From Octopus sinensis (lineage: Eukaryota): a stretch of 64,000 nt of DNA. The position numbers and the translations under genes are program-made. The stretch covers positions 128,836,001-128,900,000 of the forward strand of contig NC_042998.1 in the NCBI RefSeq assembly GCF_006345805.1, in the 5' to 3' direction. Of this stretch, positions 11,470-25,058 are shown one piece after another; the first letter of the stretch is position 1; each line of letters begins with the position of its first letter. Below the pieces are notes generated by a model. That model had not been told where the DNA came from. It was given only the letters and a program-made list of their open reading frames with translations, and searched no databases.

Positions 11470-11860
11470 TTTTTTCAGAGAGGAAAATTTCATACATGCA
11501 AGCAGGCATGCACACTTGCGCATGCGCACACACACACATGCACACACTAACACATTCATACTAACATATGTACACACACTAATACACACATACACACGCT
11601 AAAAACATACACTAATACACACTAACACACACAGGGACTAACATACACACACGGACTAACACACACACACACACACATGGACTAACACACACATACACAC
11701 GGACAACACACACATGCACACAGACAACACACACACACACTAACATACACACTGTTTTTTTTTTTCAGAAAATAAAATTTCTCACATGCAAGCATGTGTA
11801 TGCATGCATACACACACACACATACACACACTAACACACACGTGTGTATGTGTGTGTGCC
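11470..11860. repeat. (CA)-rich compound micro/minisatellite (ctaacacac motifs)
   Basis: Direct reading. Confidence 0.8.
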
Positions 11861-12305
11861 AGTAATCTTTATTATTTCAGCTGATAGCAAGAACACCACT
11901 AGACGACTAAGAAACCTTCAACTTGATTGCTCTGCTTGCTAGAAATAACACACAAAACCTCAATCACTGATCTATAATCACTCTATTTCTTGTTGTTGTT
12001 TAACCACGTATTAGCTCCAATCCTGCTAACCTATGATAAAAGACATTCTAGCCTTGAACTTTCTGTATTTTTTCTATATTCAATATGACATTAAATTAGG
12101 TTTTCTTTCTCTTTTTCAAAACAATAATGTGATTTGAATGAAGTATGGCAGCTATTTCTAACAAGCTTAGCAACTGTTTAGAAACAGGAGACCCCTCGTT
12201 GGTTCATTGCTTTGTATTTATTGCTGTCTCGCAGCCACCTCTCTTCCTTTATATGTTAAAAAATGAAAAGTGCACACATGAAACAGAAGAAGAATGTTGG
12301 AATCT

Positions 12306-12470
12306 AATATATATAATATATATGTATGCATGTGTGTGCATGTATATGTACGTATGCATGTGCGTGTATACACACACACATATATGTATATATATATATA
12401 TATACACATCTGTGTATGTGTATATTTATGTGTGTGTATATATATGTGTATGTGTGTATATCTATGTATG

Positions 12471-12524
<54 letters not shown>

Positions 12525-12631
12525 ATATATATATACACACGTGTGTGCATATATATGCATCTGTGTGTATATCTATGTATGTATGTATATATATATATGT
12601 ATATATATACATGTGTGTGCATATATATGCA

Positions 12632-12687
<56 letters not shown>

Positions 12688-12705
12688 ATATCTATCTATC
12701 TATCT
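12306..12705. repeat. Compound (TA)n/(TG)n microsatellite
   Basis: Direct reading. Source of several spurious YI/CV ORFs. Confidence 0.95.
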
Positions 12706-13223
12706 AGCGTGAACTAGACATCTCTTCAGTTTCTCTAAACTAACCGTTCTCTGCAAAGAATGTTTTTTTAAGCACAAGAACGCTGGTGATAGTTCAAGAA
12801 CTATTCCTCTTAAAAAATTATGGCTGGATGAGTTGCCGTTCTTTGCTTGATAGCAAGGTTTTCCAATTTTGAAATAAAAATTTCTGAAAGTGTGGACAAT
12901 TCCCAACAGCTTCTGTTCTGGAGTTCAGGTAACCTCCTGGCTCATTTGAGTTCATGAGGATTATATATTTTTCTGCCATGCACAATTTACATAGTCTTGT
13001 TCCATTGTGATAGAGTCCACAAGTTTCCAATAATTCCCACCTGATGTTAAAGGGCTTAACTTGGGTGCACAACAGTTTAGAGAAACTGAAAAGATGTCTA
13101 GTTTATACTAGATTTGAAACCAATGGTTTCTTTCTAAACTATTATGTTAAATATACAAAAATAAACAACTGCTCTATATTTTGTAGGGTATGCTCTTCTC
13201 CTGATTTAAGATATTTAAGATAT

Positions 13224-13225
<2 letters not shown>
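12704..13225. mobile_element. Penelope-like element relic: GIY-YIG C-terminal fragment (- strand, 12818-13072) with inverted 38-bp duplication and hammerhead relic
   Basis: Minus ORF FNIRWELLETCGLYHNGTRLCKLCMAEKYIILMNSNEPGGYLNSRTEAVGNCPHFQKFLF matches the W..L....Y......C.LC..EK..I.......LN.R.E....C.H..KF pattern of PLE endonuclease C-termini. Arms 12704-12741 and 13074-13111 are inverted. Confidence 0.75.
13074..13140 (+). ncRNA. Degenerate minimal type I hammerhead ribozyme
   Basis: agtttagagaaa-CTGAAAA-gatgtctag tttata ctagattt-GAAA-cca a tgg-TT-tctttctaaact. The inverted half-copy at 12704-12741 retains the intact CTGAAGA core. Confidence 0.6.
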
Positions 13226-13254
<29 letters not shown>

Positions 13255-13477
13255 CTATATATATATATATACTTAATTCTAAGATTTATTTATGCTTAAC
13301 AACTGAATGAATTCAATAAAAGCATCTAAATATGACTAAATCTGAAACATGAAAATTGATCAAACTGAAGTCCTTCTTGAGCGACACCATTTTCCCAAAT
13401 GAATAAATAAAATTGAATACTAAGTGTTTATGGAATATTGATTTACTGTCAGGTGACTGTTGGCCAACCCTGTGTAT

Positions 13478-14685
13478 ATCATCATCATCATCATTTAGTG
13501 TCTGTTTTCCATGCTGGTATGGGTTGGATGGTTTGACTGGAACTGGTAAGCCATAAAGATGCACCAGGCTGCTTTCTGATTTTGGTTGAGTTTCTATGGC
13601 TGGAAATTCTTCCTAATGCCAACCTCTCCAAGAGTGTAGTGGGTGCCTTTTACATGTCACCAGCATGGCTGCTCTTATGTGACAATGGCACAGGTTCTCT
13701 TGCGTGACAGCGGCACGGGTTCTCTTGCGTGGCAGTGGCACGGGTTCTCTTGCGTGGAAATGGCACGGGTTCTCTTGCGTGACAGCGGCACGGGTTCTCT
13801 TGCGTGGCAGCGGTTCTCTTACGTGGCAGCGGAACGGGTTCTCTTGCGTGGCAGTGGCATGCGTTCTCTTGCGTGGCAGCGGAACGGGTTCTCTTGCGTG
13901 GCAGCAGCAGGGGTTCTCTTGCGTGGCAGCGGCACGGATTCTCTTGCGTGGCAGCGGCAGGGGTTCTCTTACGTGGCAGCGGAACAGGTTCTCTTGCGTG
14001 GCAGCAGAACAGGTTCTCTTGCGTGGCAACGGCACAGGTGCACTTGCATGGAAACAGCACGGGTGCACTTGCATGACAACGGCATGGGTTCTCTTGTGTA
14101 GAAATGGCATGGGTGCACTTGCATGGCAACAGCACGGGGATTTAGATGTGCTGCCGGTCACAGCTACAATTTTACTTGGCTTGGTGAGTCTTCTCAAGCA
14201 CAACAAGTCACCAAAGGTTGTGATCACTTATCATTATTACCTCCATGAGGCCTAACATTCGCCACCTTGTCCCATGTCTTCCTGAGTCCACCTCTTCCAC
14301 AGGTTCCCTCTACTGTTAGTGATTGGTACTTCTTTATGCTGCTATTCTCATCAATATGCATCACATGACCATATCAGTGCAGTCATCTCTCTTGCACACC
14401 ATATCTTATGTCCTACATTTCCCTCAAGATGCTTGCACTCTGTTGTACATGTACACTGACGTTGTACATTCAGCGAAGCATACTAGCTTCATTTCTTTTG
14501 AGTTTTTGCATGTTCTCTGCATTTGCAGCCCATGTTTCACTGCCATGTAGCATGGATGTTTTCATACAGGCATCATACAATCTGCTTTTCTCCCTGAGGG
14601 AGAGGCCCTTTGTTACCAACAAAGGTAGAAACTCTCTGGACTTTGTCCAGACTATTTTTATTCTAGCAGCTATGCTTTCGGAGCA
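13478..14685 (-). mobile_element. 5'-truncated RTE-type LINE (RT C-terminus + 3'UTR) with internal minisatellite
   Basis: Translates SESIAARIKIVWTKSREFLPLLVTKGLSLREKSRLYDACMKTSMLHGSETW. (GAT)n tail. Confidence 0.8.
13685..14135. repeat. 25-bp minisatellite, ~18 units (ggcacgggttctcttgcgtggcagY)
   Basis: Direct reading. Confidence 0.95.
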
Positions 14686-14732
14686 TATATGTGTGTGTGT
14701 GTGTGTATATATATATATAATGTATATATGTA

Positions 14733-14764
<32 letters not shown>

Positions 14765-14808
14765 CATATACATACAAGAGTAAACACATAAATGTGAAAC
14801 AAGGTGGA

Positions 14809-14841
<33 letters not shown>

Positions 14842-16325
14842 ATATGTATGCATGTGTGTGTGTGTGTGTGTGTGTGTATGAGAGAGTGGGTGGAGGAATA
14901 TGAAGATTGATGTATTAAGAAAATATGAATTAGCAAAAATAGAATGTACATGTGGTGAGGATAGTAATTACCAGAGTAACTGATCTGGGGATATTCATCT
15001 CATATTTTTTGATAGTGGGTTGATGGGACATTAAAGATATGGTGTTATTTAGGTGGATAGGAGTGAAGGCTGAAATTTGTGGTTTTCTTTTTTTTTCTTT
15101 TTTTTTTGCAAAAATGTTTGGTAGCAGACACATGTGTGTACTATAAGAGGAAAAACATTATCCTAATTAAAATAAGGTTAGGCTTTGCATTTTGTTTGTA
15201 ATAATGTTAGTCTTGGATCATTATGAGAATATTAGCAGGAAAATTGACAGAATATGATATAGTAGTGTGTGTACCAAATAGGAATCAATCTGGTTTTTGT
15301 TTAACCCATGGTCAGCAGCTCTGTTTTAGCAGATCTGTGATCAGACATTCAGCTGTAACTGACATTTTCCGGATATAATGTATCTAAGACCATATTATTC
15401 AGTGAAGTGTCCTTGTTTTTTTGTTAAGGGACAGTAAGCTGTTCTCTTTATTATTTTGCAAATACTTTTTTTTTTTTTTGCAAGGTTAAGTCCTTATTCA
15501 CCTGCAATGCACTTTTAATTTTTTTTTTATTTGGCAAGAAAATTAGATGTACTTGCATCACCAGACAAGCTTACACACGGCAGGCTTCGTTCAAGGTTTT
15601 GGTCTTCCTGGGGCTATAACAGAAGACATCTGCCTAAGGTGCTGTGCGGTAGGACTGAACCCCAAATCACATGGTTGGGAAGCAAGCTTTTTAGCTGTAC
15701 TGCCATGCTTGCAAGAAGGGTTACATGTATTTCCTTTAGCTCATTTCAATTTTTAATCATAGAAATTACAAATGGCTAAATATTTTGCAATTCTCTATTC
15801 ATATGGTAAAAAAACCCCAAAAAAACCATCTGATGATGGTCTACACAGGCTTGTGTTTGTCTGTGTGTCATTGCCAAGGTCCAATATAATTGAAATTTAG
15901 CTGCAGTAGATACCGTGGCTGTTAACAAGTATCACATTTCCTCCTTAAGTGAATAAATTTCACAAAGTAAATGTTTAATTACTTAAAATGATCTCTCTTT
16001 TGTTTTGGGAGTTAGTAATAGTTACTACCAAGTTTTCATTTTTTGTTCTCACAGAAATGAGATGTCGATTGATTGTGTAATTTATGTGTGCATCATTGAG
16101 TGTGTCAGCCTTGAATGTACCTTTGAATTCATATTAGTGGCCCACTTGAGTTCATTCTTTTTAAATTATGAAACCATTCAGTTCACAAGTATAATTTGAT
16201 CTTATAGTTTTAATGAGTTGACTAATAGATAGATGTAAGTAAAATGATCTACATTGCTCATATACATACTTACAAATATATATTTATAAATGACTTTACT
16301 TCATTATATATATATATATATATAT

Positions 16326-16487
16326 GCGCAGGAGTGGCTATGTGGTAAGTAGCTTGCTAACCAACCACATGGTTCCGGGTTCAGTCCCACTGCGTGGCAT
16401 CTTGGGCAAGTGTCTTCTGCTATAGCCCCGGGCCGACCAATGCCTTGTGAGTGGATTTGGTAGACGGAAACTGAAAGAAGCCTGTCG

Positions 16488-16522
<35 letters not shown>

Positions 16523-16724
16523 TTGTGTGTCAGTGTTTGTTCCCCTAGCATTGCTTGACAACTGATGCTGGTGTGTTTACGTCCCCATAACTTAGCGGTT
16601 CGGCAAAAGAGACCGATAGAATAAGTACTGGGCTTACAAAGAATAAGTCCCGGGGTCGATTTGCTTGACTAAAGGCGGTGCTCCAGCATGGCCGCAGTCA
16701 AATGACTGAAACAAGTAAAAGAGT
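16326..16724 (+). mobile_element. SINE family A (young, near consensus)
   Basis: Full length. Confidence 0.85.
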
Positions 16725-16873
16725 ATATATATATATGTGTGTGTGTGTGTATCTACTTTTGCATACTGATGTGCACATACGTGGCTTTGTTTGTGAGGTT
16801 TGCCATATGACAGATGTTTGCAGGAGTTTAGCATGTTTAAAACCACTGCCATAAGCACAGATCTTTTACTCTT

Positions 16874-17346
16874 TAACATTTAAACCAACCATATCTAGCC
16901 AAATTGTTTCTCCTGTTTTATGTTCAAACTGGCCAGTTCTGGCCTCTCGCACTAACCCTACAATATCACATTAAAAACTAACAGTTATCTCATCAATACC
17001 TCAAACTTACAAGATAATTAGTGATTAATTCAAAACAATGTCAATAAATAAGCATTACTTTTGACAGAATAATGCGAATACTAACAATGTAAGGCGGTGA
17101 GCTGGCAGAAACATTAGCATGCTCCGTGAAATGCTTAGTGGTATTCCGTCAGCAGTTGCGTTCTGAGTTCAAATTCCGCTGAGGTCGACTTTGCCTTTCA
17201 TCCTTTCGTGGTTGATAAATTAAGTACCAGTTATGCACTGGGGTCAGTGTAATCGACTTAATCCCTTTGTCTGTCCTTGTTTGTCCTCTCTATGTTTAGC
17301 CCCTTGTGGGCAGTAAAGAAACAAGAATAATGTGAATGCTAAAGGG
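16874..17346. mobile_element. piggyBac-like MITE (family 2) interrupted by SINE D
   Basis: Ends ...ctaaagggTTAA. Related pieces at ~9880-9998 and ~44655-44820. Confidence 0.5.
17091..17324 (+). mobile_element. tRNA-derived SINE family D (Meta-domain-like core)
   Basis: Core gaggtcgactttgcctttcatcctttcg..gataaattaagtaccag resembles the MetaSINE central domain. Flanked by a gaataatgYgaatRctaa duplication. Many copies, e.g. 20745-21085 (-), 26165-26385 (-), 59880-60110 (+). Confidence 0.75.
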
Positions 17347-18085
17347 TTAAATAATAAGTGATTGTTTCTCTTAGAAACTAGGAGACAGTACTCCCACCAT
17401 CTCTCTTTCATTCCCCCTCCCATCTCTCTCATATACCTCTCCCTCTCTCACATTCTCCTTTCTTCTCTCTCATACCCCTCATTCCTATACATACCTATAC
17501 ATTCTCCCTCATCACTCCCCCTTTTCCCTCATTCCCCCTCTCGTCACTCTCTCCTATTCTCTTTCAGTTAGATGGGCCCCTCTCTTGCCCCTTTAGTCTT
17601 GCAAGCTGCAAGGTGTCCTCACTAGTGCTGATGTCTAAAAAAATAGAGTGCTCTGTACATTTTGTAAAGCAGTTGGCATTAGGAAGGGCATCCAGCTATA
17701 GAAACCATAGAACATTACAACATGATGTAGTCCTCTCTTTGGATCCTGTTGAACTGTCCAACCCATGCCAACAAGGAGGGCAGATGTTAAATGATGATTG
17801 TGTGTGTGTGTGTGTGTGTGTACATTGTTATTGTTCTTCAGCCTCAGACCCACCGTGATCAAGGTGACGAAAGATCAAAGGAGTTGTAGCTGTACCTGTT
17901 CCATCTTTTCTGGGACAATGTTATTCAGTGCTTCCTTCTCTTCCTTTAAGGTAGTAGGGTCTGCTTGAGAGGGATTTTGCTGCTGTTTTCAGGAAGCTAT
18001 GCGATCATGTTGAAGAACTTCTGTTGATTTATATACATTTCCCATGAGTAAGGTTGTATTTCAACATTTGAAATTTATAGAACTC

Positions 18086-18129
<44 letters not shown>

Positions 18130-18851
18130 TGTCATCATCACATCTACTTTTCCATACTTGGATGTATGTATGTGTGTAAATACATACAAGAGTGTGTTGG
18201 TGTATATAAGGTATGTGTATGTGTGTGTATCCACCCACGTAGGCAAGGTCAGCTGATCTCATCCTTCATTGCTCATGAATAGTGAAACAGGAAATACAGT
18301 AGTTATTTACTCTTTTATAGCATTTATCTCAGTCCCACTCCAATGAAATGTAATAGGGATTTATATCTTCTTTCTCTTCTACTAATAAATAAACCAAATG
18401 ACAAACACACTTGGTATAATGGAGGCTTAGGAAATATATCCCAGAAACACTGAGGACACACATACACACTAACGCCACCCCCCATACACCCCGTTTAATG
18501 TTTTTCGTTTCCTTTCATCTTTTCTTTCTCTTTGCTTTTTTTGCCTTCTTCTTTCACCGTCATTGCCACCAGTATGGCTTCTTTTTTTTTCTTTTTGTAT
18601 TCGTAAATTTATGAATTTACATCCTCCTACATATAAAATAGAAATATATATATATCTAAAAAAAAAAGATCAACACTTTATTTTGCAGAATTGTTAGAGC
18701 ATTGCACAAATTGGCTCTTTAGGTTCTGAGTTCAAATCCTGCTGAGGTCAACTTCTCCTTTCATCCTTTGAGGGGTCAACAGTCAAGTGTTAGGCTTAAT
18801 GGTATTGATTAACCCTTCAAAATTACTGGACTTGTGCTTAAATTAGAAAGA

Positions 18852-18882
<31 letters not shown>

Positions 18883-19154
18883 ATCATCATGATGAATGAT
18901 ATTATTAATGATAATAATAATAAACAAGGTAGTGAGCTGGCAGAATTGTTAGCTCACTGGATAAAATGCTTAGCTGCATTTCATCTGTCCATACATTCTG
19001 AGTTCAAATTCAACTGAGGTCAGCTTTGCCTTTCATCCTTTCGGGGTTGATGAATTAAGTACCAGTTGAGCACAAGGGTTGATGCAATAAACTTACCTCC
19101 TCTCCCCAAATTTCAGGCATTCTGCCTATAATAGAAAGGGTTATTATTGTTATT

Positions 19155-19640
19155 GTGCAAGAGGGCAGCAATGCCATCAAATGATGCTGGGGTACAAATA
19201 TACGAAGCCCAGTGTATCTCTCATGACTACCTGCCTAATAAGGGTACACTAGGCATGTGCATTACCACATAGTGATCTCATATCAAGACAAACAGTGGAG
19301 GTGGGGTCCGGTTAGAAAATATTCTTCAGGTTGAGTAGCCCATCCTGCTCAAGAGGTCCCTGAATAAGGGTTATTTAAGGATAATGAACAAAGCACCCAT
19401 GTTTCCAGAGGTGAATTATTCAAGCCCTAAAGAATTCCTCTCAACACATGGTTATGATGCTCCCCCACTACTCTTACTTGTGATCAGCGTTGCACTTATT
19501 CAACTGGTTGTGATCAAGCAAATTTGTGGTATTGAGCAGAATATTTGTTGTAGGCTATCTTTTACACCAAGACAAAATAAGTACATGATAACACTTCCAA
19601 TCAGTTAAGATGAGAAGCCAGTGCCTGGTATTGCATCAGG
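19155..19640 (+). mobile_element. Unclassified interspersed repeat family C (~500-600 bp)
   Basis: Homologous to 30800-31230 (+), 31640-31725 (+) and 39925-40465 (-). Confidence 0.7.
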
Positions 19641-19906
19641 TCATTTATTATTGTAGTTATAGTTATTATTATTTACAGGGACCTATATAATTGACTGCAA
19701 ATATGGCTTTTCTAGACCTGGAGAGTAAATCAATGGTCTTAAGTGTGAGCATCATGAGATGGGAGAGGGGCATCAAATTAGTGGTGGCTGTTTATGCTTT
19801 GACTCAAACAGGCAGACCAGATTCAGAAAATTTCAGACCCAAATTATGCTCAGCACAGATCTTGACATATTGTCTCCATGACTACATTATCCAGTATTCT
19901 TGTTTT

Positions 19907-20136
19907 CTTTTATTCTTTTACTTGTTTCAGTCATTTGATTGTGGCTATGCTGGTGCACTGCTTTAAAGGGTTTTAGTCGAAGAATTTGACCCTAGGATTT
20001 ATTCTTTGTAAGCCTAGTACTTATTCTATCAATCTCTTTTGTCAAACCACTAAGTCACGGCGATGTAAGCACACCAACATCGGTTGTCAAGCAACGGTGG
20101 GAGGACAAACACAGACACAAGGACACACATACATAA

Positions 20137-20180
<44 letters not shown>

Positions 20181-20343
20181 GACAAGCTTCTTTCAGTTTC
20201 TGTCTACCAAATCCACTCACAAGGCTCTGGTCAGCCTGAGACTATAGTAGAAGACACTTTCCCAAGGTGCCATGCAGTGGGACTGAACCTGGAGCCATGC
20301 TGTTGGGAAGTAGGCTTCTTTCCACTCAGCCATGCCTCTGCCT
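19907..20343 (-). mobile_element. SINE family A
   Basis: Full length, reverse orientation. Confidence 0.8.
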
Positions 20344-23305
20344 ATATGTCCTTTAACTTTTTAAAACTGACAGTAGGGTGTGATCTGGATATTTGGCCGC
20401 TGTTTTTAGCAGATTGAGTGACCACATGGATGTTCCATCATAGATACAGTAACTGGTTTGTTGTGATTACTCCTCATCTAGTTTTCTTCTGGTAAAGCAA
20501 ATAATGGGTTAATCTGAAAATATTTAATATATGAGTCATACAAAAATTGTTTTCCATTGTGATCAAATTATTTTTTAATATTTTACTAATGATTTCTATA
20601 TATGTACAAAATTAAACATTTTGACAGAAAAAAGAGCTTGTGGAATTTGTCCCCATACTTAACTAATATATATTTTATTGTTCCCAGAAAGATGTAAAGT
20701 TGATCTTTGTGGGGTTTGCACTCATAAAGTAGTGGGATGCATTTAAATATTCTTTCCTACTCTAGGCACAAGGCCTGAAATTTTTGGGGAGGGGCCAGTC
20801 GATTAGATTGACTCCAGTACACAACTGGTACTTAATTTATTGACCCCGAAAGGATGAAAGGCAAAGTCGACCTCGGTGGAATTTGAACTCAGTGTGCTAA
20901 TGTTTCTGCCAGCTTGCTACCTTAATGTAACTAAATATTCTTTTCTTTTCTACTCTAGGCACAAGGCCCAAAATTTTTCGGGAGGAAGCCAGTTGATTAG
21001 ATCGATCCCAGTGTGCAACTGGTACTTAACTTATTTATTTCGTCTGGCATGTTAGTGTTTCTGCCAGCTTGCCGCCTTGATGTAACTAAATATTGCAAGG
21101 CTTTTTATCTGGAACTGCATTCATTGTACCACTCATGCATGAAATGAGAACACTATAAAGACGAATCATAAAATAGTGAAAATGTAATGTAAAGCATTTC
21201 GTTATAAAATAATACTAGTGGCATAATAATACAATGTATTAAAGATACAATACAATTGCTAAAAGGGGGTATAGTTACACAGAACAAATTTAGGTACTCC
21301 GCAAAATTCCAATTACTATCAGTAACAAAGTCAAGTATCTTTGTCAATTGTAAATCTACAAGCAAAACTAGAACATTGAACCTCACTAAACTTGCTACTT
21401 TCATAACATTTACAGGAGGTCAGGACTCCTCCCTCTGTCCTCACTTTCCACTTCAAGCATAATTGAAAGAAAACAATTAGGGCTTTGTTAAAGAAGGAAA
21501 TGCATGATCTCAATTTTCCAACTTTTATCCACCACACTACCTTTTTTACTATATATAACCATCAGTCACATCTGACACAAAAGTAATTGTTTCTGACAAG
21601 CACACAGTTAGAAATTTGACCTCAGTACTAGGTTGGTCCTTTTTTTTTTACCAACCCTTGTAAGATGAAAGGCAAAGTTCATCGCAATAGGATTTGAACT
21701 CAGACTGTAAAGGTCCTGAACAGAAATCACCAGGCACTTTGTTTAATGTTCTAATGATTCTGGTGATTGTGATTTCTAACATAGGCACAAAGTCACAAAT
21801 TTGGGGGAGGGAACAGTTGATTAAGCTGCTCCAGTTTCTTGGCTGATATTTTATCTACCCAGATAGGATGAGAAGTAAAGCTAACTTCATAGGAATGGAA
21901 TTCCTATAGAGGTAACTAAATACTACAAAAATGTCATCCAATGTTCTATTTTACCAGTATACCACCCTTAATAATAATAATCATTTCCTTTTGTATCACC
22001 CTGTTTAATGGACTTCACTTTAGAGAGAGTTAGGTAGAGAACACATGTATTTTGAGTGAATGATTGAATGTATGTTCTGTTGTGTTGGTAGTAATACATA
22101 CATTATGTAATTGAGAGATATGACTGTTGTGTCAACTGTAGACCAGTATGTCCCTTCTCCTGTTGTCATTGTTACATGGTTGGGTGGGCATTTGGGACCT
22201 ACTTTACCAGTTCACCTAGTAATAATAATTCCTTCTGTTATAAGCAGAAGGCAACAATTTTGAGGAAAGAGGATGAGTCGATTATATCAACTCCAGTACT
22301 TGAATGGTACTTTATTTTATTGGTCCTGGAAGAATGAAAGGCAAAATCAATCTTAGCAGCAGTACATAAATTAATGATACTTCCTTTTACTATAAGCACA
22401 AGGTCTGAAATTTTGGGGGAGGCGGTAGTTGATTACATCGACCCCAGTGCTTGACTGGTACATTTTTTGTTGACTCCAAAAGGATGAAAAGCTAAGTTGA
22501 TCTTGACCTTGGCAGAATTTGGATTCAGAACATAAAGATGGATGAAATACTGCTACAGTTTACAGGTACTTTATTTTAACCAACTTGGAAGGATGAAAAG
22601 CAGAGTTGACATTAACCTAAGTTAGACTCAGAACATGAAGAACTAGAACAAATACTCCAAGGTATTTTGTGTGATTCTCTACCAATTCTGCCAGATACTT
22701 CAAAATCAACGAAACATAATAATAATAATAATAATCATTTTTAATGTATCATGTATTAAAGAAAATCTGGGCTTCACTTAAGAACTTTTAGTGAGGTTAA
22801 AAGGTGAATGTGGCTAACGCCCTGGTAATACTATTATCTTCTGGTTTTAAACGAGTCATGATAAAAAGCATGAAGAAATACAAAGACAGGTTAAAATTGA
22901 CAGTCACGTTTATTTCACTGCTAATAGAAGATACAGCAGACAGGTTCAACATGAATAATTCTGTTAATAAAAATACATTGGTTCCTTGTGCAGCTTGAAC
23001 ATGATGATGTGCATTGGAAAAACACAAAGCCCAACAACAAAAGTCTCTGCTGACAGTTCTCTAATGCTTAGTGGAATAAAACTTGCTCTCTTCTGAAGAG
23101 CCCAACTCCATCGTGCAACCCACCTCACTGAAGAAAATAGCTGGAAAAGGCATCCTTAAATAACTAAGGGTAGGCTTGAAAAGGACCACACTTTGCTGGT
23201 TGGGCATGTGGTCTGATTAGATGACTTAAAGCATCCAATCGGCATGAATAGGTATGGTCATGTGTGCAGAAAACAATGATGATGAGCCAAAATGTGGTTA
23301 CTTAA

Positions 23306-23513
23306 CTCTTTTGTTACCGTATTTATTTAGATGCTCTGTGTTTCTTTCAATTCATTTTAAATATAACAGAACAACTTAGTTATCATTAAGCTAGTGTTAG
23401 GAACATAAACTGTGACTAAGGTTTGGTGGAAGATTATAATTCAAAACTTACGAAAACAAGACATTTGAATTACAGAGCCAGAGGCGGTTTCAGCCGAGTT
23501 GGTATCAAAAGGG
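23306..23513. mobile_element. piggyBac-like MITE (family 1)
   Basis: TTAA|ctcttttgttacc ... ggtatcaaaaggg. Homologous to 53035-53252 and ~33768-33990. Confidence 0.6.
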
Positions 23514-24216
23514 TTCAAGGTAAAGAGCTACACTGTGAACATGTTTGCTACAAACTAAACTTGGAGCTTGTCATGTTGGAGTTAATTTGTCAGTGATACA
23601 GCACTTGCTTTGTATATTGGTAAGAAGTCATTCAATGTTAACTGTGCCTGCCTTGTTATAATGTCAAGCTACACAAGTAAAAGAACTGTCTTTGCACTGC
23701 ATTCAGGCTAATCACAAACTCATGCGAGTTATGTCTTGTTGAATTAATTTAACAGGAACACACCTTCTGTCACCAATAACAACTGTGTAAACATAGAGAA
23801 ACACAAATATGCTTTTTGTTTATTCACTTATCTTTTAATGAACCCAGAAAAATTTAGTTATATAGCAACAACTTATGTGACAACACCAAAAGCTGTTATG
23901 ATGTCAGAGTGCCAGATGTGTACCGATGAGCCAACAGATTGCAAAATACAAACTTCTTTCACTGTGAAATAACCATGTTTTGCTACTTATCTGCTATAAA
24001 CTGGCATCCTTCTTTTAACCATATAGCAAGGAAATCATTACTTAAAATTCCTTGAGAGATGGGATCATAATTTTATAAACTTTTGTTATCTACAGAATTA
24101 ATTTCTTATGATTATCATTATAGAAATATCAATTCTTTTAAGTAGGCGATGCAGTTTATCTAATATGATCCACATTACAAAAATATCCTTCCCCAATACC
24201 ACACACACACACATAT

Positions 24217-24600
24217 AGGTGCAGGTGTGGCTGTGAGGTAAGAAGTTTGCTTCCCATCTACATGGTTCCAAGTTCATTCCCCCTGCGTGGCACCTTGGGC
24301 AAGTGTCTTCTACTATAGTTTCAGTCTGACCAAAGCCTTGTGAGTATACTTGGTAGACGGAGACTGAAAGAAGCCTATTGTGTGTGTGTATCTTTGCGTC
24401 TGTGTTTGTCCTACACCACCACTTGACAATTGGTTTTGGTGAGTTTACACCCCTGTAACTTAGCAGTTTGGTGAAAGGGACTGATAGAATAAGTACTAGG
24501 ATTAAAAAATTAATACATACTGGGATTGATTTATTCAACTAAAATTCTTCAATGTGATGCCCCAGTATGGCCACAGAATGAAACAAGTAAAAGTTAAAAG
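24217..24600 (+). mobile_element. SINE family A (diverged)
   Basis: Homologous to 5787-6140. Confidence 0.75.
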
Positions 24601-25058
24601 AAAACTGAAATACTCATAATCCTTTATCCAAAATTTTTATGAGTGAGAAATGGAAAATTCTCACTACTGGAAAATTTCTAAAAATGTTTGGAATGTTTAA
24701 AAAAAAAAAAATGTTCAGTCAGGCATAAAAATTCAAAGTATTCTGTTGCATATCATTGATAAGCTGATGTGGAAATGTAATAGGTGGATTTATTTTGGTG
24801 AAAATTGAAACATTCCTTAAGTGAAACTGTTATGTATATATATAAAACAGGATTAGCATCATATTTCATGGTATCTGTATAAGCTGTATTCTTCATCCTC
24901 ATCAATGGCAGCAGTGCAGCAGTGTTTTACATTTACTTTTCCATGCTGGTAGGTTTTCGATGGTAATGTTTAATGGCTGGATGCCCTTCCTATACCAAGC
25001 CTTTTGGTCCCCTCTTATGATACCTGGGGGACATGGCATTTATTCTAAAACCAAAGAA

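Noticed and set aside
12145-12717. Long YI/CV-rich ORFs (also 3907-4559, 14408-14951, 27425-27678 etc.)
   Set aside because: Translations of (TA)n/(TG)n microsatellites.
13685-14135. CRISPR-like appearance of this array and of 47902-48368
   Set aside because: Units are contiguous with no unique spacers, there are no cas genes, and the context is eukaryotic.
13613-14255. Cys/Arg-rich repeat 'proteins' on both strands
   Set aside because: By-product of a stop-poor 25-bp minisatellite in a LINE 3'UTR. No splice or start context.
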